DNA from: Camelus ferus
Lineage: Eukaryota
Direction: 5' to 3'
NCBI RefSeq assembly: GCF_009834535.1
Contig: NC_045697.1
Coordinates: forward strand, 8,248,001-8,312,000
Length of the DNA: 64,000 bases
The position numbers and the translations under genes are program-made. Below the pieces are notes generated by a model. That model was not told the origin of the DNA. It made no database searches and was given only the letters and a program-made list of their open reading frames with translations. Below, one piece after another: positions 1 to 12,455 of this stretch; the first letter of the stretch is position 1; every line of letters starts with the position of its first letter.

Positions 1-604
1 TCAGACTCAATGGTCTTACTTTACGGTGGAAGGATTGGTGACTGTGGTTCTCGGACTATGTGTGTGAAGCCTGGAGGAAGTGGTCACAAGTTCTGCTGGA
101 GCTCAGCTACCTCTGTCTATGGATACGACTTAAGGGCTCGTCCATATTTCAGATAATATGCATGTAACTCTCTCAGTCTCAGTCTTAATGAGGTGATCGA
201 TCTTCTATGAGACTGAATGAATACATAGTTCTGAAAGAATTAAAACTAAAGTAAGCAACAGATTATTCACCAACACTCACTACCCTCAGGTCTGAGTAGA
301 TCTTGAGACACCAGGGTCTCAGGGCAGACCCACAGCTGCCGAGCTCTGTGCCCAAGTTAAGCCCAAGTACAATATGAACAACTTCCTCCTCTGTTCACTG
401 AAGATCATGAAAGCACACACATAAATCTGAGTAAGGAGTAGTAAGTTACAGAGATACAAATACAGACATCGATGTAGACAGGCATCGTTTGGCATAGAGC
501 CCAGCTTGCAGTAAGCGGCAAGGGCTCTATGAGCACTATCTTTTACCATTTTCCTACTTAAAGTTCAAAATGATTCTGCAAGGGCACCTATTAGACCTAT
601 ATGT

Positions 605-690
605 AAGTTGTAGACATTGAAACTCAAAGAGATTAAGCAGTTTACCAGAGTTTACACAGCTAATAAAGAATGAGGTCAACACACCACCAT
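605..690 (-). mobile_element. MIR SINE fragment
   Basis: GAAACTCAAAGAGATTAAGCAGTTTACCAGAGTTTACACAGCTAATAA resembles the reverse-complemented MIR core. Confidence 0.5.
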
Positions 691-716
691 TTTACTCCAA
701 AAGCCTGGAAAGGCAA

Positions 717-763
717 AAATAAATAAATAAATAATTAATTAATTAATTAATTAATTAATTAAT
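717..763. repeat. (AAAT)n followed by a self-complementary (TAAT)8 microsatellite
   Basis: Read directly; TAAT array spans 732-763. Confidence 0.95.
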
Positions 764-2541
764 AGTATCAGAGGAGTTCCAGCGGCCCAATGAGATGACA
801 ATCCACGATGAACCGCTGAAGGAGTTCTCGGGAACTTCCTGAACTCGCATTTGGCGGTTCGACCCAGTCCACACACCCGCCTCCCCAACCTGGGCCCATG
901 GTGAGCACAGTCTGGCGTGGCCGTTCTCGTGTTCTTAGTCTGCCCTGGGTTGACATGACTTCACTCTACGTGCCTTGCCCTCATTTCAAAGGCTCCGAAG
1001 GCCCTCATTTTCAGGTTACAAAAACAGTCCTAAAAATCAACTTCTGCCAAATCACAAGTAATTGAGCAAATTATGCTTCCTAATCACCCATCTTTCTTTG
1101 CATCTCAGCCGTCAAACCCTTCTGCTGACATGTTCCTGGGGCCCCCGGCTTTCCAGCCTCTTCTCTGGTGTCATTCTAACGGACACTAATGGCTTCACTG
1201 CAATTCAGGCATCAGAAAGGTCTCAGCCATCAGTTTATCCTCTGACCCTGAGCGCGGGCTTCTCCAGTCAAGTTCAGGCATCACTGATTCACCTGCTGGT
1301 TAGTCTGGACGGCTTATTCTGTCTGCACCTTTTCTTCTTCCACTAAGAACTAAAATGACGACCAGCTGCCTCCATTAAAGTACCCCTTCCCCTCCCTGAC
1401 CCATCAACCTGCCATGTGGGGCCACGTCTGTACTCCTAATGGACCTCTGCTGGTCGTCCTCCCCAGAGTGACCTGCAGCGTGCAGGGCCATCCCTGTGGT
1501 GCCCTCCCCCTACACCAGCCCTTTCCTCCTCACACCTGGGAGGTGAAAAGCCAGACTCCTTTGCCGAGACCTCAATTTCTTCACATTTGTTTCTGTCTCA
1601 CTGTGAAAGAACAGACAGGTGATGGGAGTGAGGTCACAGCCAGCACTGTCAAAAAGTAGAAAGCAGGGGCCCTTGGAGGGGACAAGGCTTAAGAGGAATT
1701 TTTTGTTCTTTGTCTGCCCAAAGTAATCCTTCCAAAGCCATGCCATAAACAAAACATCCTCTTTCCTGGAGGGAGAAATGCATCAGATACCTGTAAGACA
1801 TGGTGACTGCACCCTTCTCTCCCGTAGTCAGCCTGTGCAGTGGACCTCGTCTTCTCCTTTCAAACCCAGAGCAGCAGATCCAGTTCTTGGCCAGAAGCGC
1901 TGAGGTCTTTCCATTCTTGTGCAGTATCACTATAAGCCCCAACATCCTCCCTGAAAAACATCACATGGTGGAAAGTATGCAGATTATTTTGTCCTCAGAA
2001 TATCAACCCTCTGTAGTAGCCTTTTAGGGTAAATGGTCCCCAAATACAAAGAGAGTTACCATGTAAGTGTTACTGGCATCTCATGGACTAGGAAGACCAT
2101 AACTCGGGGTCTGAGTTGCAACCCATATGGCAGCACTGCAGTTTAGCCGGCAGAATCGAGGACGCCTTATTTCTGCTGGTTCTTTACGAAGGAAAATCAC
2201 TGAGTCAGATGACTGAGGAAAAGGTGTGGGAAAAGGTATTCAGGGAAAAGAAAGGTCAGGAGCAACAACAGGCAGACTCCTGCAGACCTTCCCTGCTGAC
2301 TCTACTGCAGCCTCAGAGAGAAAATCAGGAACCGCAAGAAGGCACTCGGACTTCGGACCCAGGAAGGACTGGATTCTCAACTTAACCTCACCACTAACTT
2401 GAGCAAATCGCCAGACTGTTCCGAATGGATTATCTTCTATGTCAAATGAGTATTGATACCTATAAGGTTTTATTTATTTCATTTATGTCTCACAACAACC
2501 CTAAAGTCAAATACTCTTATAATCATCCTTGTATTACCCAG

Positions 2542-3075
2542 TGTCGACGGAAATAAACGCGCAGCCTAGAAGTTGAGAGTTATGTTTTATTTGCAGGACA
2601 TTTCTGAGGACTCAGACCCCTTGAGTCCGAGATGACAGCCTCCCAGATCGCTCTGAGGGACTGCTCCGAAGAGGTAGGGGAGGAGCCAGGATATATAGGA
2701 GCTTTACAACCAGGTAGTTGGAACAATAAAAGATTATTCGTTAACTAAAGAAAAGCCAAAAAAAAAAAAAACCAAAAACCAAAAACCAAAAACAAAACCA
2801 AGCATCTCAAGTTAAAAAGTTAAGTGCTTTTTTATGTATGGGAGGAAGCAAACATTTGGGCTCATTGAATTCATTCCTTTGACAAGCACCTAGCTCTCTA
2901 GGGCCAGTCTCCTGTCCTTTCTTATTCTGAGTCCCCTCAGAGTGCACCACCGTGAGTGGCTGCAGAGGCCGGGCTGCAGGCTTGTCTTCACTGGGGGGTG
3001 GCAGCAGCCGCTCAGGTCTTGATGGCTTCAGCAGTCTTTGTTTACTGATTTGGTTTGCAGTATTTTTCATTCACA
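2542..3075 (-). mobile_element. ERV1-class solo LTR
   Basis: TG...CA termini; flanks CCAG/CCAT (3 of 4 TSD match). On the minus strand: TATA-like motif at ~2691-2697 and AATAAA at ~2586-2591. CpGs retained; interrupts MIR-like sequence on the left. Confidence 0.8.
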
Positions 3076-3405
3076 CCATGATATAGTTGAATTATTAAGA
3101 AGCTAGCACGTGGTGGAATAAGATGCAGACCTTTGCAGCTAAACCCCAGCACTAAAGTTCCTGCTGCCCCCCTCCCCCCATACCTCCCAGCCTCTGAAGA
3201 TGAATCAGATAGAGGAGGTGGAATCGTGGAGCTGCCCTGAGAGCTAGCATTGGTTTTGAAATATTTGCCTCCCCTCCTCCTCCTCGTTCACCATTTTTCC
3301 TGCTGTCCCTTTCAGCGCTGCTAACTGCTAGCAAGAGTCTTCCCCACAGAACCTTTTATAAAATGCTTTCCTCTGAACTGGGGTTCAACTGACTCCTTGT
3401 AGGCT

Positions 3406-4148
3406 TAGTACCAAGCAGGACCCTGTGGGGTCCTCCCTGGTACAAATCTCTCCGTGTTCCCCACTTGTAGGAAATAGGCTTCATTCAGCCTCCTTGACCT
3501 TCCTTCCCTGAGTTCCAAAGGGCCGATTGAAACAGTTGCTAATCAGGGAAGGGAGGGGATGCAGAAACAAGGGAGGAACAATCAAGACACAATAGTGCAG
3601 CCTTGGGGCAGGGTCCTGGCTACCAAGGCTGTTGCCCCAGGATCCCACACCTCTCCCTCCCTGGAATAGAAACCAGTTACTCTTACCTAAGTGGAGGGAC
3701 AGAAAAGAAAGAAGAACCAGCTAGAACCTGTGAAGCCCGGATGGCAGAGGATTTGACTTCCAGTGGACCTTGAGCCTCAGTATATATACACTTATTGTAA
3801 TGCATTAGCGTGCAAAGTGACACACCACCAGCGGCCATGATAGTTGACAATCGCCATGACAACCAGAAAAGCCCACATACAAGGGTGGAAAAGAAAGGTG
3901 ATTGGCTCCATCGTACCCTGAGGGAGGACGTGATGGCAGAAGCCCAAGCGGCAGCTGGAGCTGTCTCTACCCTGCCACCCTAGATGACAGCTCCCCCCAT
4001 CGAGTGATTTTCTTCCCTTCTTCCTGCTCAAGCCCTTTCCTTCCGTTGCCCCTTCTGAGCACTAAGGGCACAAATTTTATTATAGCCGGTGGCAAGGACC
4101 AACACTTCGGTGGGCTTTCTAATTTAGGGGTCCCTCCGTCCACCAACA
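3406..4148 (+). mobile_element. ERV1-class solo LTR, partly MER41-related
   Basis: Perfect 4-bp TSD GGCT (3402-3405 / 4149-4152); ends in CCAACA; shares blocks with the LTR at 11478-12109. Confidence 0.8.
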
Positions 4149-5382
4149 GGCTGGTATCTGTGGTGGACTCAGTTGTTGCTTTTCCCCATGAAATAGTTCT
4201 GCTTAATGGATGGGAATGGAGACAGAGACACATTTATCCCGAGAGCTTGGTTACAAATCAAATAAGAATTAATTAATTAACCTGATTAACTCCCCCAAAC
4301 ATTTCTTAACAAAGAATTCCAGTCATGACTCCTAAAGGCAAGGGAATTATAGTAGTAATAGAGGGCATGAGGCTTATACAGGAAAACGCACGCGTACGTA
4401 CAAATGAGAGGGCTCATCTCGGGGAAGAGAGAGATGATTAAGAGGCGGAGGCGGCGAGACATATAAAGAGGTTTCTGCTATAAACTCGGAAAGAGGTGAG
4501 GTCAATGGTAGTGATGATGGAGCGAGGTAGAGTGATCTGAGGAATAATGAGAACCTGGAAGTCTGGGGAAAAGGAGCCCCCCTCAAAAAAGGAAAAGAAA
4601 AAAGGAGAGTGAGAAAGGAATGATGGATGCCACAAGGCTCTGGTTTAGGAAATTAGGCGGATTCGGAACCACATTTCGGGCAGGGGTGCTGGAAGGTGGT
4701 GAGTTCTGCTTTTGGCATCTTCAGTGTGACACAAGTCTGGGCGCTCATGGCGGGGAGGTCCAGCAGCAGCCAGACGTTTGGGCCGGAGATCAGAAAGGAG
4801 GCTGGGCTAAAGATGGGAACAGGGCACCCACCAATAAAGAGGAGGCTGTTGGCCTGAGCCTCATAAGCCCAGCTCTTTGGCACTTTCCAGGAATTAGCTA
4901 TCTGTTTCTGTGTACAGACTGGCTCCAGGGAATGGTTAACATGAGGGACTGTCAAACAAAGTGCCTTGCAAAATGAAACTGTTGTAGGAAAACCAGCAGG
5001 TCCTCCCACTGATGACAGGGACAGTTATGTAACCCTCCGTGCTGGAAAGGTCTGCTTTTTTCTTCTGAAGTGTGAATCCTCTTGGGCCTTCCCAGCCAAA
5101 GAACATCATTCTGCTTCATATTTTACCAAAGGCTTTTTAGCAAATAAGAAAGAAACTGCCAAATTGAGCTGTGACAGCCTCACTGAATTTGATAAATAGT
5201 TTTGCTTTCCCTTTCTGCCAACTGTTCTTTTCCTCAAAAAAGGCTCAGCTTTATAAAATAGTAGAGATGGGACATTAATAATAGGGATGCTATTGTCTGT
5301 GCTTACCATATTCTCAGGACTTTGCTAAGCACTTGACTTGAATTATCCAGTTTAATCCTCACAAAAACTAAATGAGGTTGAA

Positions 5383-5770
5383 GCATCAGTTAGCTATTGC
5401 CACCATGATGCTATGTAACAAATCATCTCCAAACTCAGTCGCTTAAAACCACCATCGCTTATCATCCCAGATCAGTAGATTGGCTGGGATGCCTCTGTGG
5501 TTCTAGTCTGAGATTCTCTGGGCAGCTTCCCTTCTCACTGCAGGTCTGGGGTCAGCTGGGCCACTCCTGCTGCATGTGTCTTCCTACTGCAGTCCAGGCT
5601 GTAAGGACAGATGTTAGGACTAGGTACCCAGGAGGAATGCTAAGCTTGGAACTGGCACTCACTCCCTTACTCACGTGCTGTTGGCCAAAACAAGTAACAC
5701 GCCAAGCTTCTGCCCATAATGGCACAGAAGGAAAAGGAAAGGACTGGGGCTAATTGCTTAATCTATTACA
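5383..5770 (-). mobile_element. Old MLT1 (MaLR) LTR inserted in a MIR
   Basis: CAGTTAGCTATTGC...GTAACAAATCATCTCCAAACTCAGTCGCTTAAAAC and TGTTGGCCAAAACAAGT motifs; MIR halves at ~5300-5382 and ~5771-5800. Confidence 0.7.
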
Positions 5771-5847
5771 ATCGGCTACTTTATCATCCCCATTTCACAG
5801 GAATAGAATTCTGTATGTAGAGATGTCAAGCTTAATGCTTCATTGTT

Positions 5848-6200
5848 GCATTTATTCATTCATGTACTTATTTTTTTTTTCTTTTTATTAAAAAAAAAAC
5901 ACTTTTATGTTCCAGGTTATATTGCCAAACCTGCCAAGCCAGAAATTCATGACACAGTCCCTGTCTTTAAGGCTCCCACAGTGCACGCTGTGGGAGAGGC
6001 AAACTTGTAGATGCATCGTGGCTGCACAGGGGAGCAGTTTTGACAACAGATGCCTTTACAAGATGCTAGAGAAGGAGAGGATAACTCACTCTGCCTGGCA
6101 GAGCTGGGAACGTCCCATGAGGGGAGGAGATGATGGAGATGGTGTCAGAACAAGGTCTTTAAGGAAGAAGAGGTGCTTTTTTCATAAAAGAAGAGAGTTG
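5848..6200 (-). mobile_element. L2 LINE 3' end
   Basis: CATTTATTCATTCAT tail followed by ACACAGTCCCTGTCTTTAAGGCTCCCACAGT, typical of reverse L2. Confidence 0.6.
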
Positions 6201-6418
6201 AGTAAATTGTAGACAGACTACATATTCTATAATTTGGGGTCTAGACAAATGAAAATCCATGAAAGTATTACAAGCAGAGGAATGACATTCTTGCCGGGGT
6301 ATAGAGGTTGAGTTGCAGGAAGCAAAGTGTAAGAAGGGAAGACATGCTGAAAATCATAATGAAGTGAGGTCTGAATGAGGGCACCAACTTTAGCACATGG
6401 GAATGCACAAATGTGGGC

Positions 6419-6525
6419 ATGCACACACACACATGCACACACATGTGAATACACGCACAGAGAGACACACATACACACACATACACATACACAGAGACAT
6501 GCGTTTATGCAATAACATACACACA
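6419..6525. repeat. Degenerate (CA)n microsatellite
   Basis: Read directly. Confidence 0.9.
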
Positions 6526-7189
6526 GGTCAACACTCCCAGCATAGATATTTTTAGATGGAGAAGAAAAAAGGAAAAAACATGGAAGCAATTTCAGCCACT
6601 TTTTCTAATTGCTCACCTGATGGGATAGGATTTCAGCCAGCGTGTCACACACAGTGACACTCACCCTGTGACCTCAGCCACTTCTTTCCCTTTCTCAGGT
6701 ATGTTTCACTCTCCCACAGAAACCTCCCTTACCCTCATCTCTGAACTCCGATTGGCACCTCGGAGGATCAGTGCCTCTAAGAGGCTATGTCATAGGGTCA
6801 GGAGGACTTAGGAGTCTAAAATGTCACCTTGAGGTGCCCCATCAGGATGCTGGGGCTCAGCCCTGGAGAACCTCAGATCTCAGCTTCCTGAGCTGCAACA
6901 CTGCACAGGAATGAAATTAACACCTAACTTTTCTGAGTGTGTGTTTTGCGTCAGGTGTGGCCGTAAGCACTTTATACACATCATCCTATCTCACAACCTT
7001 AGAAAGTGGTCAGGAAAAAAAAATCCAAAAAATAACCAAAAATTTAAAATGTTAATTTTTTTTCCCTCAATAGTTATTGTTTATTAATTACCAAATTGTG
7101 TCTGATTCCAAAGTCCCCCAAAACTTTAATTAGACCAGACCCATTCCCAAGGGCCCATGAGTCCTGAGCCTGAGCGTCTTGGTAAGCAG

Positions 7190-7385
7190 GCAGTCTGGCT
7201 GAGGAGAAAGTAGGGGGCTGCAGAGAGCCTGGCTTTGACTCCCAGCTCATCATATATCTCCTGGGCAGCCGTGGGCATGTCCCCTAACTTTTCTGAGCTT
7301 CAGTTCCGTGATATCTGAAGTGGAGATAATTAGAGCTATCTTTGAAGGTGCTGTGAGAATTGAAAGAAGTGACATACAGAAAATG
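7190..7385 (+). mobile_element. MIR SINE
   Basis: CTAACTTTTCTGAGCTTCAGTTCCGTGATATCTGAAGTGGAGATAAT core; GTGAGAATTGAAAGA. Confidence 0.7.
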
Positions 7386-7399
7386 TCATTTAATTCCAG

Positions 7400-7826
7400 C
7401 AGCACAACTTGATTTGGGGTTTATACACGTTGATTTCTTCATGGAGTTCTCCTGGGAAGAACTAAGAGAGGAGATGAGCAGCAGAACAGAAGACAGAGCT
7501 ATGTAAGCATGTGGGACACGTGAAGTCTGGCTTCAGCCTGAATCCCAGGGGAGCTGTGGAATATAAATAGCACCACAGAGTCTGTCTTGCCTTAAGATAA
7601 AAGAGTGGGGCTTTACCCCTGCCCTAGTCAATGTCCACTGGGCTCCACCTCCTCTGGGCAAGGTAGCTTCAATCACTGAAGGGCGAGCACGCAGAGAAGG
7701 TTGCAGGTGTGAGCCATTAGCAGGTGCACCTACAGGACCTTAAGATGAACACATTTACCCAACTGGCTGAGGGACCCTGGGGTATCTCATAGGGCACCAG
7801 CAACATCTATTACAGTCCACCCCTTG
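7400..7826 (-). mobile_element. LTR16-like ERVL 3' LTR with adjacent polypurine tract
   Basis: Minus strand reads AAGGGGTGGAC|TGTAATAGATGTTGCTGGTGCCC, an ERVL-type PPT abutting an LTR16-type start at 7814. Confidence 0.7.
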
Positions 7827-8111
7827 TATTCTCCAGATTTGTTAATTCTCACACTAAGTTCATTTCATCACACTGCACGGAACTGCAGAGTTTGGTTGGC
7901 ACCATACCTGGTGGTTTGCTCCCCCGCCGTGAAACGGGAGAAAGAGAATATAGCAGAACAGAGTGATGTGACACTGTGGTCCTGAAGATCGGAGCCTCTG
8001 GTTTCTGATACTTGGCCTTAAGGCTTAATTTTTCTCTACTGCCTCCTCTGTAACCTCTGTGACCTACTTAAAACAGATTTTATTTTCTCATCTATGGAAT
8101 GACAACATTAA

Positions 8112-8543
8112 TTATAGTGGGCTCCCCAAATACATAACTACCTGGAATGTAATCTTATTTGGAATTAAGAACCTTCAGTTGTAATTAAATTAACAGTCTC
8201 TGGATGGAATCATCCTGGATTAGTATGGCCCTAAATCCACTGGTGACCATCTTTTAAGACACAGAAAAAGAGAAGGGACAGAGACACACAGAAGGAAAGG
8301 CCATGTGAAGACAGAGGCAGGAATTGGAGTTCAGCCACCAGCCAAGTAATGCCAAGGGTAGCTGGCAGCCACCCAAAGCTAGGAGAGAGGCATGGAACAG
8401 ATTCTCCCTTTGAGACTCCAGAAGGAACCAGCCTGACTGACACCCTGATTTTGGACTTTCTGACCCCCACAACTGTGAAAGAATGCCCTTCTGTTGTTTT
8501 AAGCCACCCAGGCTGCGATCATTTGTATTAGGAAACTGATACA
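8112..8543 (+). mobile_element. MLT1C-like LTR inserted in a MIR
   Basis: GGCCATGTGAAGACAGAGGCAG, GAAGGAACCAGCC...TGACACCCTGATTTTGGACTT, ends AAACTGATACA; MIR resumes at 8545-8650. Confidence 0.9.
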
Positions 8544-10499
8544 ATGACCACTTGACATTGTTGTGAGGATTAAGTTAGTTGACATAAGTATATAAGACAG
8601 AGGCTGGAGCACAGTAGAAACTTCTAAAGTGTTTGCTTTCATTGTAACCATTAGAATTGTCTCAGCACAAATGCACCCAGAGGCTGCTGAACGTTATTTA
8701 TTGCTGACAGTGCAAATCTGTTGTACAACCAGAGTGAAAGTTTCACTTTGGGAGACCACACATAATTCCAGTGAGAAGGATGGCACACACAGACTAGGAC
8801 TTTGTAGGGGTACTTTCAATGTTATTCAGCCTCACAGTAGATCACACATAAGGCTTTGTTCTTAGCAGCTGCTCACTACATTTGGAGTCATTCAAATGGA
8901 ATTCTAAATGTCTGTTTGCTTAAACACAACTCTGAGTACAATGCAAGGTTCTTGAGGGTCTGGGATGTCTCTGTGGATGCTATTTGAAATAGAGTAAGTT
9001 TAAGTGTCATGCCCTACCTTTTCCAAGGATGAAAGTCTGCATTTAGCCCGAAGGCAGTGCACGCAAAAATACGTGTTAATAAGCCAACATTTCCATGATT
9101 CCATAGTCCACGCTTTTCATGACTGGTTCTTCTAGATATGAAAGGGTGAAGCAGGAGAAAAAAATTTTTTAAGTTCAGGGGAAGAAAAGGTTTCTCTAGG
9201 ACACCATTCCTGCTCTTTATTTTATGCACCGAACAGCGGTGTGGACTTACCCACTTTCCAAAGTGCTAGAGATTATTTAGGTAAACTCAGTTATTGGCAG
9301 TAATAAAGGTCTCAATTCAAAACCCTCTTTTGGGTAAAGTGATTCAGAGTGAGAAGTGTTATGTTTGATTTTTTTCTCGCTGTGAAATCCAGATTTTGCA
9401 CAGCTGTAACGTTCCCTCTTCAGGAAGGCTGGCTGCGCCAACGTTTAAGTCTAGTTCAGCCGTGCCTAATGCTATAACCTGTCATAATGCCCTCTCTCAG
9501 TTTCTCCATTTGCCCACCTTTCTTCCCTTGCACTTTGCCTTTTAAGATGAATTGAAGGGTCATTCTTACCCTAGGATTTAGAGTCTTTTAATTCTGTTTT
9601 TGGATGTGACCAGAGGCACTAGAGCGTTTTTATTTTATTTTAATTTGTGTTTACCAAACCTGTATCATGTACTCCGTCGGGCAGTGGGCTCCTCTGGGCT
9701 CTTTCCAGAAAATTAAAAACATAAATTAAGTAGAAATGGCCAAAGCCACAGAACAAGCAAGCCTTCTTAGTGTCCACAGAGAGGAGTTCTATTACCTCCA
9801 CTCGCTTTAGAGAAGAGTTGAAGTTACCTGCAATTCTTGTTCTCTTGAAGATGTGTATTTTATAATAGGTCCCCATTCACCACCCTGCCTTCCCTGAGGA
9901 GTTCTTAGCTGCTTGATGTTTTTGGCTGCAGAAGAACTGGCAGTGAGGGCTTAGCACATTCTTACGACCCCTGGGGTAGATACATTGCAGTTCTTGCAAG
10001 AGTTTGTACTCTTTTTAAACTGTTTCTGGATTTTAATTTTGCTTGAAGCTGTATGTTAAAATAAGTCCTTTCTGATGAGGATAACTCCACACTTAGGCGA
10101 AAATGCTTCCCAAAAGATGCCATGTCTTTATTAACAGAAATCTGCACCCGCTTTAAAATAATTACAATAAGACATGTAGAAGAAATGTGACCTTTTTTTT
10201 TAAGACCCCAGGCTTCCTCAAGTTTTTTCTCTATTACCTTGAACTTGAACCATACAATCTAATACACATAAGGAACCTTCTCAGCCCCTCTCCCTTCCCA
10301 AGACTAAAAGCTTATTAAAGCAGGAGGGCTAGCACATCGCAGCCCACACGGCATCTCCTACTGATGGGTAGTGGCTGCCCGTTGGGAGGAGTCGAGGCCA
10401 GGTGCAGACTCAGTAGGAAGGAGCGTGGTGATTGATTAATGATGTCTGCCTAGGTGAAGGATGAGGAAGCGGCCGCACATGTGCCCTGTACTTGCCATT

Positions 10500-10600
10500 T
10501 CTGGTAAGGACTGTATCTTATTCATCTTTGTATCCCTGTGCCTAGCATGGTGCCTGGCACAGAGGTGTGTTCCATAAATATTTGTTGTACTGAATTGAAC
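10500..10600 (+). mobile_element. L2 3' end
   Basis: TTATTCATCTTTGTATCCCTGTGCCTAGCATGGTGCCTGGCACAG...AATATTTGTTG. Confidence 0.8.
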
Positions 10601-11257
10601 TAAACTTTCCACCCTGACTCTCTCTTTCTCTGAGTCAGAAGGAATGGTGGTGGTAAGGACATTATCTATAGTGGGAAGCAATGGTGGTGAGCCCTCCCTC
10701 CAAGGGTCGAGTTCTTATGGAGCCAGTAGGTACAGGCACCATGTTCAAGTACTGTGTCATGGACTCAATGTCCCTCTAGTATATGAGGCTTTCATGACCA
10801 TCAAATCTTTGCTGTTGCCCTTTTACCTCCCCAAGAAATTAATTATGGTCTCCAGGTGCCTGAGGTGACAGGTGCTATCCTGCTGGGACACATCTCTCAG
10901 TATGCCAACATGGTTCTGCCATGTAACATTAACCACTGACAACCAGGAATCTTGCTTGTGTGATCTCTCCATTGAGCGAGACCCTTACAATCACCACCCA
11001 GCCTCTGAATTTGGGACGGCCTTGGGACCCTGTGCTTTAAACTAACTGCATGGTTGCATTCCAGAAGCATCTGATTTCTGAGCCCATTCAACACCACTTC
11101 GTTCTCCCACCTCCTCCCAATCCCAGCCCCTCTTCATCATTGTTCTTCTCTTACTATTTTATGTATCCAATATCCTCATGGCGACTCAATCTCCATCACA
11201 TTGTACATAGCAGGGAAGTAAACTGCATACTTGGAGTTGAGAAATTCTGGCTTAAGT

Positions 11258-12210
11258 CTTTTTTTTTCTTTTTTAAACTATTTTGTTGAAAAATAATTGA
11301 CATATATCATTGTATATGGTTAAGGATTCAGTGTGATGTTTAATTATATGTGTTGTGAAATGGTGACCACAATATGTTGTCACCATTCATCTCATATAGA
11401 TACAACACAGAGAAAAGAAAAAGATACGCATTCTTGTGATGAGAAATCTTAGGATTTACTCTCTTAACAACAGTTCCTGAGACAGGAAGGGAGCAAGGGA
11501 CAGCCATTCGAGGAATAACACAACAATTAACACCAGAAGGGCGAAAGATTCAACCCAAGGAGGCCTTGAGGCTCAAGATGATAGGAGATTTGACTTCCTT
11601 GCACTTCATTATATGCTCACTGTAACATATTAACATGGTGAATAACATGCCCACAGGCACCATGACAGTCCCAAGGCTGGCCACAGAAGGTCAAAGGGTG
11701 GGAAATGGCCAATTTCCTGGGAATCCCAGCCCCTTCCCCAGGCAGGATAGACTGGTCCTTCCACTTATTAGCATATAAAGCCACTGAGCCCATAAAAACT
11801 GGCAACACTGCCCCCCATGGGCTTTCTCTCTTTCCTTCTTCGGAGATGGCCCGCACTCTGTCTCTGGAGTGTGTACCTACTTTTGCTCTAGTCCAAGCAC
11901 CCAATCCCCGCACCTTGTGAACTTTCTCTTTATCTTTCTCTTGCCTTTTGATGTATTCTAAATAAATTTACCTTTACTCAACTGTGGCTCACTCTTGAAT
12001 TCTTTCCTGCACGAAGCCAAGGACCCACACTTGGCGGGGCATATCCAAAGGGCTCAGTTGAAGCCTGGGACACTGCCCTCCTCACGCTCCACATCTGTTT
12101 CCTGCATCGTTCCTGTCTACCATACAGCAGTGTTAACTCTAGTCGCCATGTTGCACATTGCATTTCTAGTGCCTTATCTTATAAGTAGAAGTTTGTACCT
12201 TTTTACTTGC
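11258..12210 (-). mobile_element. L1 3' UTR (L1MA9-like) split by an LTR
   Basis: Poly-T, then GTTGAAAAATAATTGACATAT...GATTTACTCTCTTAACAAC; continues after 12113 as CATACAGCAGTGTTAACT...AGAAGTTTGTACCTTTT. Confidence 0.85.
11478..12109 (+). mobile_element. MER41-like ERV1 solo LTR
   Basis: Starts TGAGAC; TSD TTCC (11474-11477 / 12110-12113); AATAAA at ~11960; U5 motif TTGAATTCTTTCCTGCACGAAGCCAAGGACCC. Confidence 0.85.
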
Positions 12211-12239
12211 CTCCAAGTCTCCCTTCCCTGTCTCTCTAC

Positions 12240-12455
12240 TGACTTGAGTCTTATCCCTGTTATTTAGTATCTGAGTGACCCAAGTTACTGACCTCCTCTG
12301 TGGCTTGTTTTCCTTTTTTTTTTTTTAATTAAAAAAATAAATGCAGATAACTGTAGCATCTCCCTCAAAGAGCTGCTGGGAGGATTAATAATAATGCATG
12401 TATTGTATCTATTATCTAATAGAAATTCAACAAATAATAGCAATTATTATTATCT
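12240..12455 (+). mobile_element. MIR SINE
   Basis: CAAGTTACTGACCTCCTCTGTG...GCTGCTGGGAGGATTAATATAATGCATGTA. Confidence 0.65.

Noticed and set aside
6227..6589. Cys/Val-rich ORFs
   Set aside because: Translations of a (CA)n microsatellite.
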